Origin: an uncultured Clostridia bacterium
Lineage (GTDB): Bacteria; Bacillota; Clostridia; Christensenellales; Aristaeellaceae
Direction of reading: 5' to 3'
DNA length: 33,792 nt
Assembly: GCA_946410395.1 (NCBI GenBank)
Contig: CAMKAE010000001.1
Span: forward strand, 1-33,792
Both the position numbers and the translations under genes were made by a program. The number at the start of each line of letters is the position of its first letter. The first letter of the stretch is position 1. The notes beneath the pieces are model-generated. The model was not told the DNA's origin. It made no database searches and worked only from the letters and a program-made list of their open reading frames with translations. Positions 23,637 to 31,620 of this stretch are shown here, in pieces.

Positions 23637-26600
23637 TTATTCTGCCTTTTTCGTCCAGTCCTGGGTGATGCCTTCGCCATAGCCGTCGGGGAACACGCCG
23701 GGGGTCAGGGGCGCAAAGCCGAGATCCGCGTTGTAGTTGCGTCCGCCGCTGGGCGCCTGCACGGGGGCGGACACGCCATCCTCACCCATCACGGAGGCGA
23801 TGGCGGGCAGATCGGTGCGGACCTGAGTGGGCTTGACGCCTGTCACGTCCGCCGTCAGGGTGTAGGCAGCCGGATAGAGCTCGGTGAACAGATAGAAGCC
23901 GTAGGCGTCGGTGACCGTGGTGGCGACCTCCTCGCCGTCGAGGTACAGGTGAACCGTCACGTTGGGGATGCCGTACTCATCGGTGGCCTGCAGGCCGTCG
24001 CCGTTCACGTCCAGCCAGACCAGATCGCCCAGCTTGCCGGGGGCCACGCTGCCCGCGTCCAGGTCCGTCCGGTCCTCGCCCATAGCCAGGGTGAAGACGT
24101 CGCTGGCGCCGCCGTTGCCCTCAAAGGAGGTGAGCACGCAGACCATGCCGGTTCCGTCCAGACGGGGATCACCGGGCTGCACCGGGGCATAGCCGGTGGG
24201 GAAGGTGACGCTCACGCGGTAGTCTCCGGGCATCAGCTGCCCGATCTGCCAGGAGCCGTCCTCGCCGGTCTCGGCCTGCGCGATGACCGCGCCGTCGGCG
24301 TCGGTCAGGGTCACGGCCACGCCGGCCACGCGCTCGAAGACGCCGCCGTTGTCGAACCAGGCGATGCCGCCGACGGCGGTGTCGCGCACGACGCCGAGGG
24401 CGGGCTCGCTGAGCACTTCGCCGCTGGTCAGGGTGAAGGGCCCGTAGACCATGGCGCCCTCCTGGGCCTCAAAGGTGCCGTCTCCCTCCTGGGCGGGATG
24501 GGTGACCTCGTCCAGGGCATAGCTGAGCTGATAGGCGCCGGGGATTACGCCGTCAAAGCGGAAGGCGCCGTCGCTGTCCGTCTGCACCTCGGCGTAGAGG
24601 GAGCCGTCGGCCAGGTCTGTCAGCTGCACGGTCTCTCCGGCCAGGGCGCGGTCCGCCTCGGTGCGCCGGCCGTCGTTGTCCGCATCCATCCACGCGATGC
24701 CCTCGACGGCGGCGGGAACCACCGCGCCGAAGTGCTGGTCGGCGATGACCTTGCCCATGGGGAAGTCCAGGGTCAGGACCTGGCTCTCCAGGCCGGTCTG
24801 CAGGGCCAGCTCCGTCCCGGCGGTCCGGGAGATCACCATGCCCTCCGGCAGGCTCAGGGCCAGGGTCCAGGTGTCCGGCCGCAGGCCCTCAAAGGCGAAA
24901 GCGCCGGTTCCGTCGGTGACCACCGTCATGTCGGACAGGTCCGTGCGGGCGGGCACCAGGGTGAAGGCGGCACCCTCCAGGGCGGTCTCGCCCTCGTCCT
25001 GCACGCCGTTGGCGTTGACATCGAAGAAGAAGCTGCCGGAGATGCTGCCGGTGGTGACGGCGCCCACGTCGTCAAAGGTGCCTTCCTGGCTGGAGCCGAT
25101 GGCGAAGGGCTCGGCGTATTCGGCCACAAGCCCGTTCACGCTGACGAACGCGGGATCGTAGGCGCTGAAGAAGCTGTTCTCCGGGATCACCCAGCGCAGG
25201 GTATAGGTGCCGGGCATCACGGCGTCGAAGAGGAACGTGCCCTGGGCGTCCGGCAGAGCGTTGGTCGTCGTGCCGTCCGCGGCGACGAGCTGCACGAAGG
25301 CGTCGGGCAGAGCGCCTTCGCCCTCGTCCCGGACCCCGTTGTCGTTCGCGTCGCCGTAGAACACGCCCTTGAGCCGGGCCGGGATGATGAAGCCGCCGTT
25401 CATGCCGCGCTTCTCCTCGCCGCTTCCCAAGGTGAAGGCGTCCGTGGAGCCCGCGCCCCGGCCACGGTTGACGAAGACGCTGCCCTCACCGTCCTGGGTG
25501 AAGGCGTGGCCCGCGGGCGCGGTCAGGGTCAGGGTGTAGGTGCCCGGGACCACATCTTTGATGGTGTATTCGCCCTGGGCGTTGGTCTTGGCGGTGTCCT
25601 TGACCAGCTTGTCCTCGTCCAGCAGCGTGACGGTCATACCGGGGAAGGTCTGCTCTCCCGCGTCCATGACGCCGGAGAGGTCGCTGTCCATGAAGACCGT
25701 GCCGCTGATGGCGGCGTACTGATAGGCGCCCAGGTAGAGCACGATGTCCTGGCCGTTGTCGGTCACGGTGACATTGTTGACGTTGGCGTCGCGCCGGTCC
25801 GGCTCATAGAAGCGGCTGGCCTTGTCGCCGCTGCCCCGGGGCGTGTAGTGCCAGCCCTCGGGGATGCGGGTCTTGACGCGGTAGGTGTTGGTGCGAAGAG
25901 CGCCGAAGGCGATGGTCCCGTCCTCGCCGCCGGTGACGCTGGAGAACTCGGCGTTGCCGTTGCCCTTGTACAGGAAGCCGATGACGCCGGGCAGCGGCTC
26001 TTCGCCCTCGTCAAAGATGCCGTTGAGGTTGTTGTCCACGAAGCACACCACCGACACCGAGGACCCGCGCACCAGGCCGACGTTCTGATCGGCGGCGGTC
26101 TTGCCCTTCTCCACGGTCAGGTTCTTGCGGCCGGTGGTGCGGCCTTCGCCGGTGATGCAGGTGCGCAGCGCGGGCCGGACGGTGTTGTTCATGAGGGTGA
26201 ACATCATGCCGTCGGGGAGATAGCAGCGCAGGTAGTAATCGCCGGGCTTCACGCGGTCCAGGGTGTAGGCGCCGTCCTCGCCGGTGACGGCCTGGTAGAG
26301 CGTGCCGTTGCGCACACCCTCAAGCTCCATGAGGACGTCGGAAACGCCGGGATCGCCTTCATCGCGGATGCCGTTGCCGTTCAGATCCTCCCAGACGATG
26401 CCGGTGACCGTGCCGTAGGTGATGGCGCCCACGCCGCACTCGAGCATGCCGCCTTCGCCCAGGGTGAAGGGATCGCTCTCGGAGACACGGGCGGAACTGC
26501 CGTTCATGATGTTCTGCCGCAGGGACATGTCCTTCTGGCTCTTGTCGGTGAACTGGTAGCCGTCGGGCAGGACGACCCGCAGGCTGTACTGGCCGGCAGG

Positions 26601-27866
26601 CACGCCGTCAAAGATCGCCATGCCATCCTCGGCGGTGACCACGGAGGCGACCAGGCCCTCGCCGGAGGGGTGGCTCAGCATGATCAGCTCCACCTCGGTC
26701 CCCGCCAGCACCGCTTTCAGCTCGGTGTTGTTCTGCTGGGAGTCCCGGTTGCTGTCAAAGAACACCTGTACCCGGATGAGGCCCGTGCCTGTTCCGAGCA
26801 CGCCGGGGAGGGCCTGCAGCGGCCGGGGCGTGACGTAGACCATTGTCCGGTCAGCGGAAAAACGATCCGCATAGACCTGCTCCGCCGCCCAGGCTTCCGC
26901 GTCGGCGGGATTGATGACCGGCTCGGCAGTGGGTTCGGGTGTAGGCTCCGCCGTGGGTTCAGGCGTGGGCTCAGCCGTGGGTTCAGGCGTGGGCTCCGCC
27001 GTGGGTTCAGGCGTGGGCTCAGCCGTGGGCTCGGGCGTGGGCTCAGCCGTGGGCTCGGGCGTGGGCTCAGCCGTGGGCTCGGGCGTGGGCTCAGGCGTGG
27101 GCTCAGCCGTGGGTTCAGGCGTGGGCTCGGGCGTGGGCTCAGCCGTGGGTTTGGGCGTGGGCTCAGCTGTGGGCTCGGGTGTGGGCTCAGCCGTGGGTTC
27201 GGGCGTAGGCTCCGCTGTGGGTTCGGGCGTGGGTTCCGGAGCCGCGGTGGGCAGGAGCGCCGTGCGCGCGTCCAGACTGATGATGTCCTCTTCCCGGCCG
27301 GTATAGGCAGTGATCTCCAGTGCGACCGGCAGCGTCAGCCCGTCCTCCGCCTGCAGCAGATAGCTGCCGGTGGGGATGGCGAATTCGGGGAAGATCAGCC
27401 CGTCGTCGCTGGCTTCAAGGAGCATGGGGAAGCGCGGATCCGTTTCATCCGGCTCCGCCTGCGTCAGCACGAAGCGCGCGTGCGGCTCCGCAAAGATGAC
27501 GAAAATGCCCGTGTCGGACCAGACGTCCAGGGCCGCATTATTCAGGGCATTTTCGGTGAGCGAAAACGCATACCCCAGCTCGGAGAACAGCCAGCCCTCC
27601 GGCAGGGTCGACGCCACCGGGACCGCGGCGATGGTCCCGCCCCGGCGCAGCGCGATCCGGCTGCCGTCTGAGGCGGTCAGCGTGCCGACAGCCTCGCCGT
27701 CCTGATAAACGGTGAAGTCCACCGTCAGGGGCTGAGTCTCCCAGGTGCCGTCGGGCAGCGCGGTGTTGCCGTTGACCTGCAGGGTCAGCAAGGTTTCCGC
27801 CTGGGCGGTGGTAACGCCCAGCAGCAGGGCTGCACAGAGAAGCAGGGCCACAATTCTGATCTTCAT
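23637..27866 (-). CDS. Giant secreted/cell-surface protein: signal peptide, N-terminal region, ~120-aa PEPT(A) linker and nine SdrD-B/Cna-B-like repeats. No LPXTG or other recognisable anchor.
   Basis: 1,409-aa ORF with a GGAGG RBS and signal peptide MKIRIVALLLCAALLLGVTTAQA/E. Repeats carry Ca-loop-like motifs (WEDLNGNGIRDEGD, VDNNLNGIFDEGEE, GDANDNGVRDEGEG, FDVNANGVQDEGET, MDADNDGRRTEAD, LDVNGDGLQATDE), each followed by a GxY/F beta-sandwich pattern. The C-terminus ...GITQDWTKKAE lacks a sorting signal. Confidence 0.85.
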   Translation of the reverse strand: MKIRIVALLLCAALLLGVTTAQAETLLTLQVNGNTALPDGTWETQPLTVDFTVYQDGEAVGTLTASDGSRIALRRGGTIAAVPVASTLPEGWLFSELGYAFSLTENALNNAALDVWSDTGIFVIFAEPHARFVLTQAEPDETDPRFPMLLEASDDGLIFPEFAIPTGSYLLQAEDGLTLPVALEITAYTGREEDIISLDARTALLPTAAPEPTPEPTAEPTPEPTAEPTPEPTAEPTPKPTAEPTPEPTPEPTAEPTPEPTPEPTAEPTPEPTAEPTPEPTAEPTPEPTAEPTPEPTAEPTPEPTAEPTPEPTAEPVINPADAEAWAAEQVYADRFSADRTMVYVTPRPLQALPGVLGTGTGLIRVQVFFDSNRDSQQNNTELKAVLAGTEVELIMLSHPSGEGLVASVVTAEDGMAIFDGVPAGQYSLRVVLPDGYQFTDKSQKDMSLRQNIMNGSSARVSESDPFTLGEGGMLECGVGAITYGTVTGIVWEDLNGNGIRDEGDPGVSDVLMELEGVRNGTLYQAVTGEDGAYTLDRVKPGDYYLRCYLPDGMMFTLMNNTVRPALRTCITGEGRTTGRKNLTVEKGKTAADQNVGLVRGSSVSVVCFVDNNLNGIFDEGEEPLPGVIGFLYKGNGNAEFSSVTGGEDGTIAFGALRTNTYRVKTRIPEGWHYTPRGSGDKASRFYEPDRRDANVNNVTVTDNGQDIVLYLGAYQYAAISGTVFMDSDLSGVMDAGEQTFPGMTVTLLDEDKLVKDTAKTNAQGEYTIKDVVPGTYTLTLTAPAGHAFTQDGEGSVFVNRGRGAGSTDAFTLGSGEEKRGMNGGFIIPARLKGVFYGDANDNGVRDEGEGALPDAFVQLVAADGTTTNALPDAQGTFLFDAVMPGTYTLRWVIPENSFFSAYDPAFVSVNGLVAEYAEPFAIGSSQEGTFDDVGAVTTGSISGSFFFDVNANGVQDEGETALEGAAFTLVPARTDLSDMTVVTDGTGAFAFEGLRPDTWTLALSLPEGMVISRTAGTELALQTGLESQVLTLDFPMGKVIADQHFGAVVPAAVEGIAWMDADNDGRRTEADRALAGETVQLTDLADGSLYAEVQTDSDGAFRFDGVIPGAYQLSYALDEVTHPAQEGDGTFEAQEGAMVYGPFTLTSGEVLSEPALGVVRDTAVGGIAWFDNGGVFERVAGVAVTLTDADGAVIAQAETGEDGSWQIGQLMPGDYRVSVTFPTGYAPVQPGDPRLDGTGMVCVLTSFEGNGGASDVFTLAMGEDRTDLDAGSVAPGKLGDLVWLDVNGDGLQATDEYGIPNVTVHLYLDGEEVATTVTDAYGFYLFTELYPAAYTLTADVTGVKPTQVRTDLPAIASVMGEDGVSAPVQAPSGGRNYNADLGFAPLTPGVFPDGYGEGITQDWTKKAE
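26921..27246 (-). repeat. In-frame tandem DNA repeat (24-nt unit with 18-nt variants) encoding the (PEPTAEPT/PEPT)n linker
   Basis: The plus strand repeats GGGTTCAGGCGTGGGCTCAGCCGT-type units about 13 times. The translation reads PEPTPEPTAEPTPEPTAEPT... Confidence 0.9.
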
Positions 27867-27903
27867 GGGATGCCTCCGTCATTGTGATCAAGGATTTTCC
27901 GGC

Positions 27904-27952
27904 ACACAAAAAGCCGGAATATGCCATATGCTATGGTATAGCAAATTCCGGC
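27904..27952 (-). terminator. Terminator-like hairpin downstream of pgsA, lying inside the leader of the giant surface-protein gene
   Basis: On the minus strand, GCCGGAAT (27952-27945) and ATTCCGGC (27920-27913) enclose an inner CCATA-GCA-TATGG stem. TTTTTGTGT follows (27912-27904). A third half-site GCCGGAA lies at 27903-27897. Confidence 0.5.
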
Positions 27953-28008
27953 AAAAGTCAACCTGCGGCAGCCCCGGTTTTCCGCCTGCGGCGGAAATTT
28001 ACACAGTC

Positions 28009-28542
28009 TTATTGGGCGCGCAGGATGTCCCGGTTGTCGAGGAAATATTCCACGCCGCTCCACAGGGTGATGAGCCCCACCCAGACGGCGCCGGCGGTGA
28101 TGAACCAGTTGGAGAAGACAGTCCAGCCCAGGTAGAGCAGGAAGTGGATCATGGTCATCTGGCTGAAGGTCTTGATCTTGCCGGACCAGCCCGCGGGAAT
28201 GACCTTGCCCTTGCCCACGGCCACCATCCGCAGCCCGTCCACCGCCAGCTCCCGGGCCAGCACCAGCACCGTGAACCAGGCCGGAACCTGGCCGGCGTGC
28301 ACCAGCAGGATCATCGTGGAGAGCACCAGCAGCTTGTCCGCCACGGGATCCACAAACTTGCCGAAATCGGTGACCAGGCCTTTGCGGCGCGCGATCTTGC
28401 CGTCCAGGAAATCCGTGACGGCGCCCAGGCTGAACACGATGCCGATCACCCACTCCGGGCAGCCGGGGATATAGAAGAGCGCCGCGATCACGGGCACCAG
28501 CAGCACCCTGGAGACGGATAGTATGTTCGGCAGATTCTTCAT
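28009..28542 (-). CDS. pgsA: CDP-diacylglycerol--glycerol-3-phosphate 3-phosphatidyltransferase
   Basis: 177 aa with the CDP-alcohol phosphatidyltransferase motif DFLDGKIARRKGLVTDFGKFVDPVADK. Its ATG overlaps the rimO stop (ATGA). Confidence 0.9.
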   Translation of the reverse strand: MKNLPNILSVSRVLLVPVIAALFYIPGCPEWVIGIVFSLGAVTDFLDGKIARRKGLVTDFGKFVDPVADKLLVLSTMILLVHAGQVPAWFTVLVLARELAVDGLRMVAVGKGKVIPAGWSGKIKTFSQMTMIHFLLYLGWTVFSNWFITAGAVWVGLITLWSGVEYFLDNRDILRAQ

Positions 28543-29855
28543 AGCATTTCTCCTGTGAGATCATAGGGCTCCGCGTGGGTCAGGCGCACCCGGACGAAAT
28601 CGCCGGGCCGGATGCCTTCGCGGGCGGTGAAGCGGATCTCGCCGTCGGTTTCAGGCGCCTCCCGTTCCGAACGGCCCAGGGCCTTTGCGCCGCGGACGTC
28701 GGTGACCAGTACCTTTTCGGCCGTCCCCACCCTGCGCTGGTTCTGCTTCAGGGAGATGCCGGCCTGCAGGCGCATCAGCCGGTCCAGCCGGTCCTGCTTC
28801 ACGTCCTCATCGATCTGATCCGGCAGCAGAGCGGCGGGGGTGTCCTCCTCCGGGGAGTAGGCGAAGGCGCCCAGCCGGTCGAACTCCGCCTCCGCCACGA
28901 AGTCCAGCAGCTCCTGAAACTCCGCCTCGGTCTCCCCGGGGAAGCCCACGATGATTGAGGTGCGCAGGGTCAGCCCGCGCTCCCGGGCCAGCCGCAGGCA
29001 GCGGCGGATGTCTCCGGAGTCTCCGCGGCGGTGCATCCGGCGCAGGATGCGGTCGTTGATGTGCTGGATCGGCAGATCCAGATACTTGCAGATGTTGGGG
29101 GTGCCGGCGATGACGTCCAGCAGGCGCTCGTCGGTCTCGTCCGGGTAGCAGTAGAGGACCCGCAGCCAGTCCACGCCGTCGATGGCGGCGCATTTGCGCA
29201 TCAGGTCCGGCAGCTTGCTGCGGCTGCCGTCGTCGGTGCCCCAGCGCGTGGTGTCCTGGGCCACCAGGATGTGCTCTTTCACGCCCTGCTGCGCCAGGCA
29301 GCGGACCTCCTCCAGGATGGCGTCCTCGCTCCGGGAGCGGTAGGCGCCCCGGATCAGCGGGATCGCGCAGAAGGTGCAGCGGTTGGAGCAGCCCTCGCCG
29401 ATGCGGGTGTAGGCGGTCCAGGCCGGGGTGGTCAGCACGCGGCTGTGCTCGTAGAAGGTGTTGGGGTCGCTGCAGAGCATGCCGCGGCTGCGCTCTGCCA
29501 GCGCCTTGTCGATGGCGTCGGGCAGATGCTCATACTGGTTCACGCCCAGGAGCAGATCGATCTCCGGCATCTCGTCCATCAGGGCCTGCTGGTAGCGCTG
29601 GGCCAGGCAGCCGGTCACCACCAGCAGCCGGCACCGGCCGGTCTTCTTGTACGCGGCCATCTCGAGAATGGCGTCGATGGACTCCTCCTTCGCCGGGCCG
29701 ATAAAGCCGCAGGTGTTCACCATCAGCACCTCGGCCTCCGCCGGGTCCTGCGTCAGGACCCAGCCGCGGTCGCGCAAAAGGCCCAGGGCGATCTCGGAAT
29801 CGACCCGGTTCTTGTTGCAGCCCAGGGAGATCATTCCCACTTTTCGCTCCGCCAT
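28539..29855 (-). CDS. rimO: Ribosomal protein S12 methylthiotransferase
   Basis: UPF0004 N-terminus (VGMISLGCNKNRVDSE), radical-SAM motif GCSNRCTFCAIP and a C-terminal TRAM-like segment. I chose the ATG at 29855 as the start because the GTG at 29861 lies within the GGAGGTG RBS. Confidence 0.9.
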   Translation of the reverse strand: MAERKVGMISLGCNKNRVDSEIALGLLRDRGWVLTQDPAEAEVLMVNTCGFIGPAKEESIDAILEMAAYKKTGRCRLLVVTGCLAQRYQQALMDEMPEIDLLLGVNQYEHLPDAIDKALAERSRGMLCSDPNTFYEHSRVLTTPAWTAYTRIGEGCSNRCTFCAIPLIRGAYRSRSEDAILEEVRCLAQQGVKEHILVAQDTTRWGTDDGSRSKLPDLMRKCAAIDGVDWLRVLYCYPDETDERLLDVIAGTPNICKYLDLPIQHINDRILRRMHRRGDSGDIRRCLRLARERGLTLRTSIIVGFPGETEAEFQELLDFVAEAEFDRLGAFAYSPEEDTPAALLPDQIDEDVKQDRLDRLMRLQAGISLKQNQRRVGTAEKVLVTDVRGAKALGRSEREAPETDGEIRFTAREGIRPGDFVRVRLTHAEPYDLTGEML

Positions 29856-29884
29856 GGGCACCTCCGTCGGAAAAAGTCACGGTC

Positions 29885-29913
29885 ATTCTATCACGTTTTG
29901 CCGGGTAAATCAA
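29885..29913 (-). promoter_or_regulatory. Sigma-70-like promoter for rimO-pgsA
   Basis: Minus strand reads TTGATT (29913-29908), 17-nt spacer, TAGAAT (29890-29885). Confidence 0.5.
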
Positions 29914-29916
29914 CGG

Positions 29917-29945
29917 TTGAATTGGGTGCGCCACTGTGTTATGAT
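29917..29945 (+). promoter_or_regulatory. Sigma-70-like promoter for the PHP gene pair
   Basis: TTGAAT (29917-29922), 17-nt spacer, TATGAT (29940-29945). It sits back-to-back with the rimO promoter. Confidence 0.5.
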
Positions 29946-29980
29946 GGTCCACGGATGATTCGCAAGAGGAGGGAATACAC

Positions 29981-30829
29981 GTGCTCCGGGCCAATTTTCA
30001 CACCCACACGACCTTCTGCGACGGGAAAAACACCCCCGCGGAGATGGCGGAGGCTGCGTACCGGCTGGGCTTTGAGCAGCTGGGCTTTTCGGGGCATATG
30101 GACCCGACCTATCACATGGACTTTCCGGCTTATCGGACGGAGATCGCGCGGCTGCGGGCGGAGTACGCCGGCCGCATGGACATCCTGGCCGGCGTGGAGC
30201 TGGACCAGCGCTGGCTGGCGCAGAGCGTGGCCGGGGCGGAATACGTCATCGGCTCCACGCATTTTCTCACCGGCGCCGACGGGGAGGACGCCGCGATCGA
30301 CTGGACCTTCGAGCGCAGCGAGAAGCTGTGCCGGGAGGTCTACGGCGGGGACTGGTACCGGATGTGCGCCGCCTTTTATGATGAGGAAGCGCGGGTCGCC
30401 GAGCGGACGGGCTGCCACATCATCGGCCACTTTGACCTGATCAGCCGCTTCAACCACGAGCACCCCGCCTTCGACGAGGCGGACCGGCGCTACCTGAAGC
30501 CCGCCCTGGAGGCGATGGAATATCTGGCCGCGACCGGCTGCCTGTTCGAGATCAACTGCGGGGCGCTGAACCGGGGCTGGCGGCGGGACGTGTATCCGGC
30601 GCTGCCCCTGCTGAAGGCGCTGAACAGCTTCGGCGCGAGCATTATTATTGGAAGCGACGCCCACGAGGCCGGCCTGCTCAACGGCGGCTTTGACGAGGCG
30701 GTACGCCGGGCGATGATCTGCGGGTTCAAGGACACCTGCGTGCTCGCCCACGGCGCGGACGGGGGCGTGGTCTGCAGACGGGTTCCCCTGGCGGACTGCC
30801 TGAGCGCGGAAACGGAGAGAGAGTCATGA
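29981..30829 (+). CDS. HisJ-family histidinol-phosphatase-like PHP-domain protein
   Basis: GTG start with an AAGAGGAGGG RBS. PHP metal-binding N-terminus NFHTHTTFCDGKNT...GFSGHMD, plus later H/D motifs (GSTHF, IGHFD, GSDAHE). Confidence 0.75.
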   Translation: MLRANFHTHTTFCDGKNTPAEMAEAAYRLGFEQLGFSGHMDPTYHMDFPAYRTEIARLRAEYAGRMDILAGVELDQRWLAQSVAGAEYVIGSTHFLTGADGEDAAIDWTFERSEKLCREVYGGDWYRMCAAFYDEEARVAERTGCHIIGHFDLISRFNHEHPAFDEADRRYLKPALEAMEYLAATGCLFEINCGALNRGWRRDVYPALPLLKALNSFGASIIIGSDAHEAGLLNGGFDEAVRRAMICGFKDTCVLAHGADGGVVCRRVPLADCLSAETERES

Positions 30830-31611
30830 TCTATCGATACGAGACCCACATGCACACCTGCCAGAGCAGCGCCTGCGGCAAGTCCACCGGCGCGGAGCAC
30901 GCCCGGCGCTACAAGGAGCTGGGCTACGACGGCATCTTCATCACCGACCATTTCTTCCGCGGCAACTGCGCCGTGCCCCGGGACCTGCCCTGGGAGGAAT
31001 GGGTGCGGCGCTTCTGCAAGGGCTATGAGGACGCCAAGGCCGAGGGCGACCGCATCGGCCTGCAGGTGTTTTTCGCCTGGGAGGAGAGCATTGACGGGGA
31101 CGACTGGCTGGTCTACGGCCTGCCGCCGGAATGGCTGCTGGCCCACCCGGAGATCGCCCGGTGCACCCGCCAGGAGCAGCTGACCCTGGCCCATGCCGAC
31201 GGCGGCTGCGTGGTGCAGGCGCACCCCTTCCGCCAGCGGGACTACATCCGGCGCATCCTGCTCGGGCCGCAGTTCTGCGACGCGGCCGAGGTGGCCAACC
31301 AGGGCAACCAGCCCCTCGACGACGTCTGCGCCCTGCGCTATGCCCGGACTTACGGCCTGCACATGACCTGCGGCTCGGATAACCACCTGTCCGCTCCGGA
31401 CCGGCAGCCCTGGGGCGTGGCCTTCGAGCACCGCATCACCTGCCCGGCGGACTATGTGCGGGCCATCCGCACCCGGGAGCCCATGGCCCTGCTGTGCCCG
31501 CCGGAGCGCTTTGACCTCGCGCCGGAGATGGTCAATCCGGAAGCCTGGTGGTTGGACGATAAAGAAAATGCCCGGTTGTCGGGCATTGACTGGCTGCGGC
31601 TCGCGGTGTGA
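30826..31611 (+). CDS. Second PHP-domain metal-dependent phosphoesterase
   Basis: ATGA overlap with the upstream gene. N-terminus YETHMHTCQSSACG...GIFITDHF, plus later QAHPFR and CGSDNH motifs. Confidence 0.7.
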   Translation: MIYRYETHMHTCQSSACGKSTGAEHARRYKELGYDGIFITDHFFRGNCAVPRDLPWEEWVRRFCKGYEDAKAEGDRIGLQVFFAWEESIDGDDWLVYGLPPEWLLAHPEIARCTRQEQLTLAHADGGCVVQAHPFRQRDYIRRILLGPQFCDAAEVANQGNQPLDDVCALRYARTYGLHMTCGSDNHLSAPDRQPWGVAFEHRITCPADYVRAIRTREPMALLCPPERFDLAPEMVNPEAWWLDDKENARLSGIDWLRLAV

Positions 31612-31620
31612 CCCGGCCCT

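Noticed and set aside
26911-27306. Regular short repeats that could be read as a CRISPR-like array or a (GSGV)n protein
   Set aside because: The units are 24/18 nt, contiguous with no unique spacers, and in frame within the surface-protein gene (PEPT linker). They are a coding tandem repeat, not a CRISPR array.
23949-27671. 1,240-aa ORF on the plus strand, antisense to the giant surface-protein gene
   Set aside because: It has the same shadow-ORF signature (runs of G/A/R/V/H). The minus-strand frame has a signal peptide, an RBS and nine coherent domain repeats.
31612-31620. Nine-nt gap between the convergent PHP and Na/Pi-cotransporter genes, with no room for a terminator
   Set aside because: This is a real observation, but tight convergent packing is common. 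Any terminators would lie within the opposing coding sequence. There is nothing specific to test from the sequence alone.
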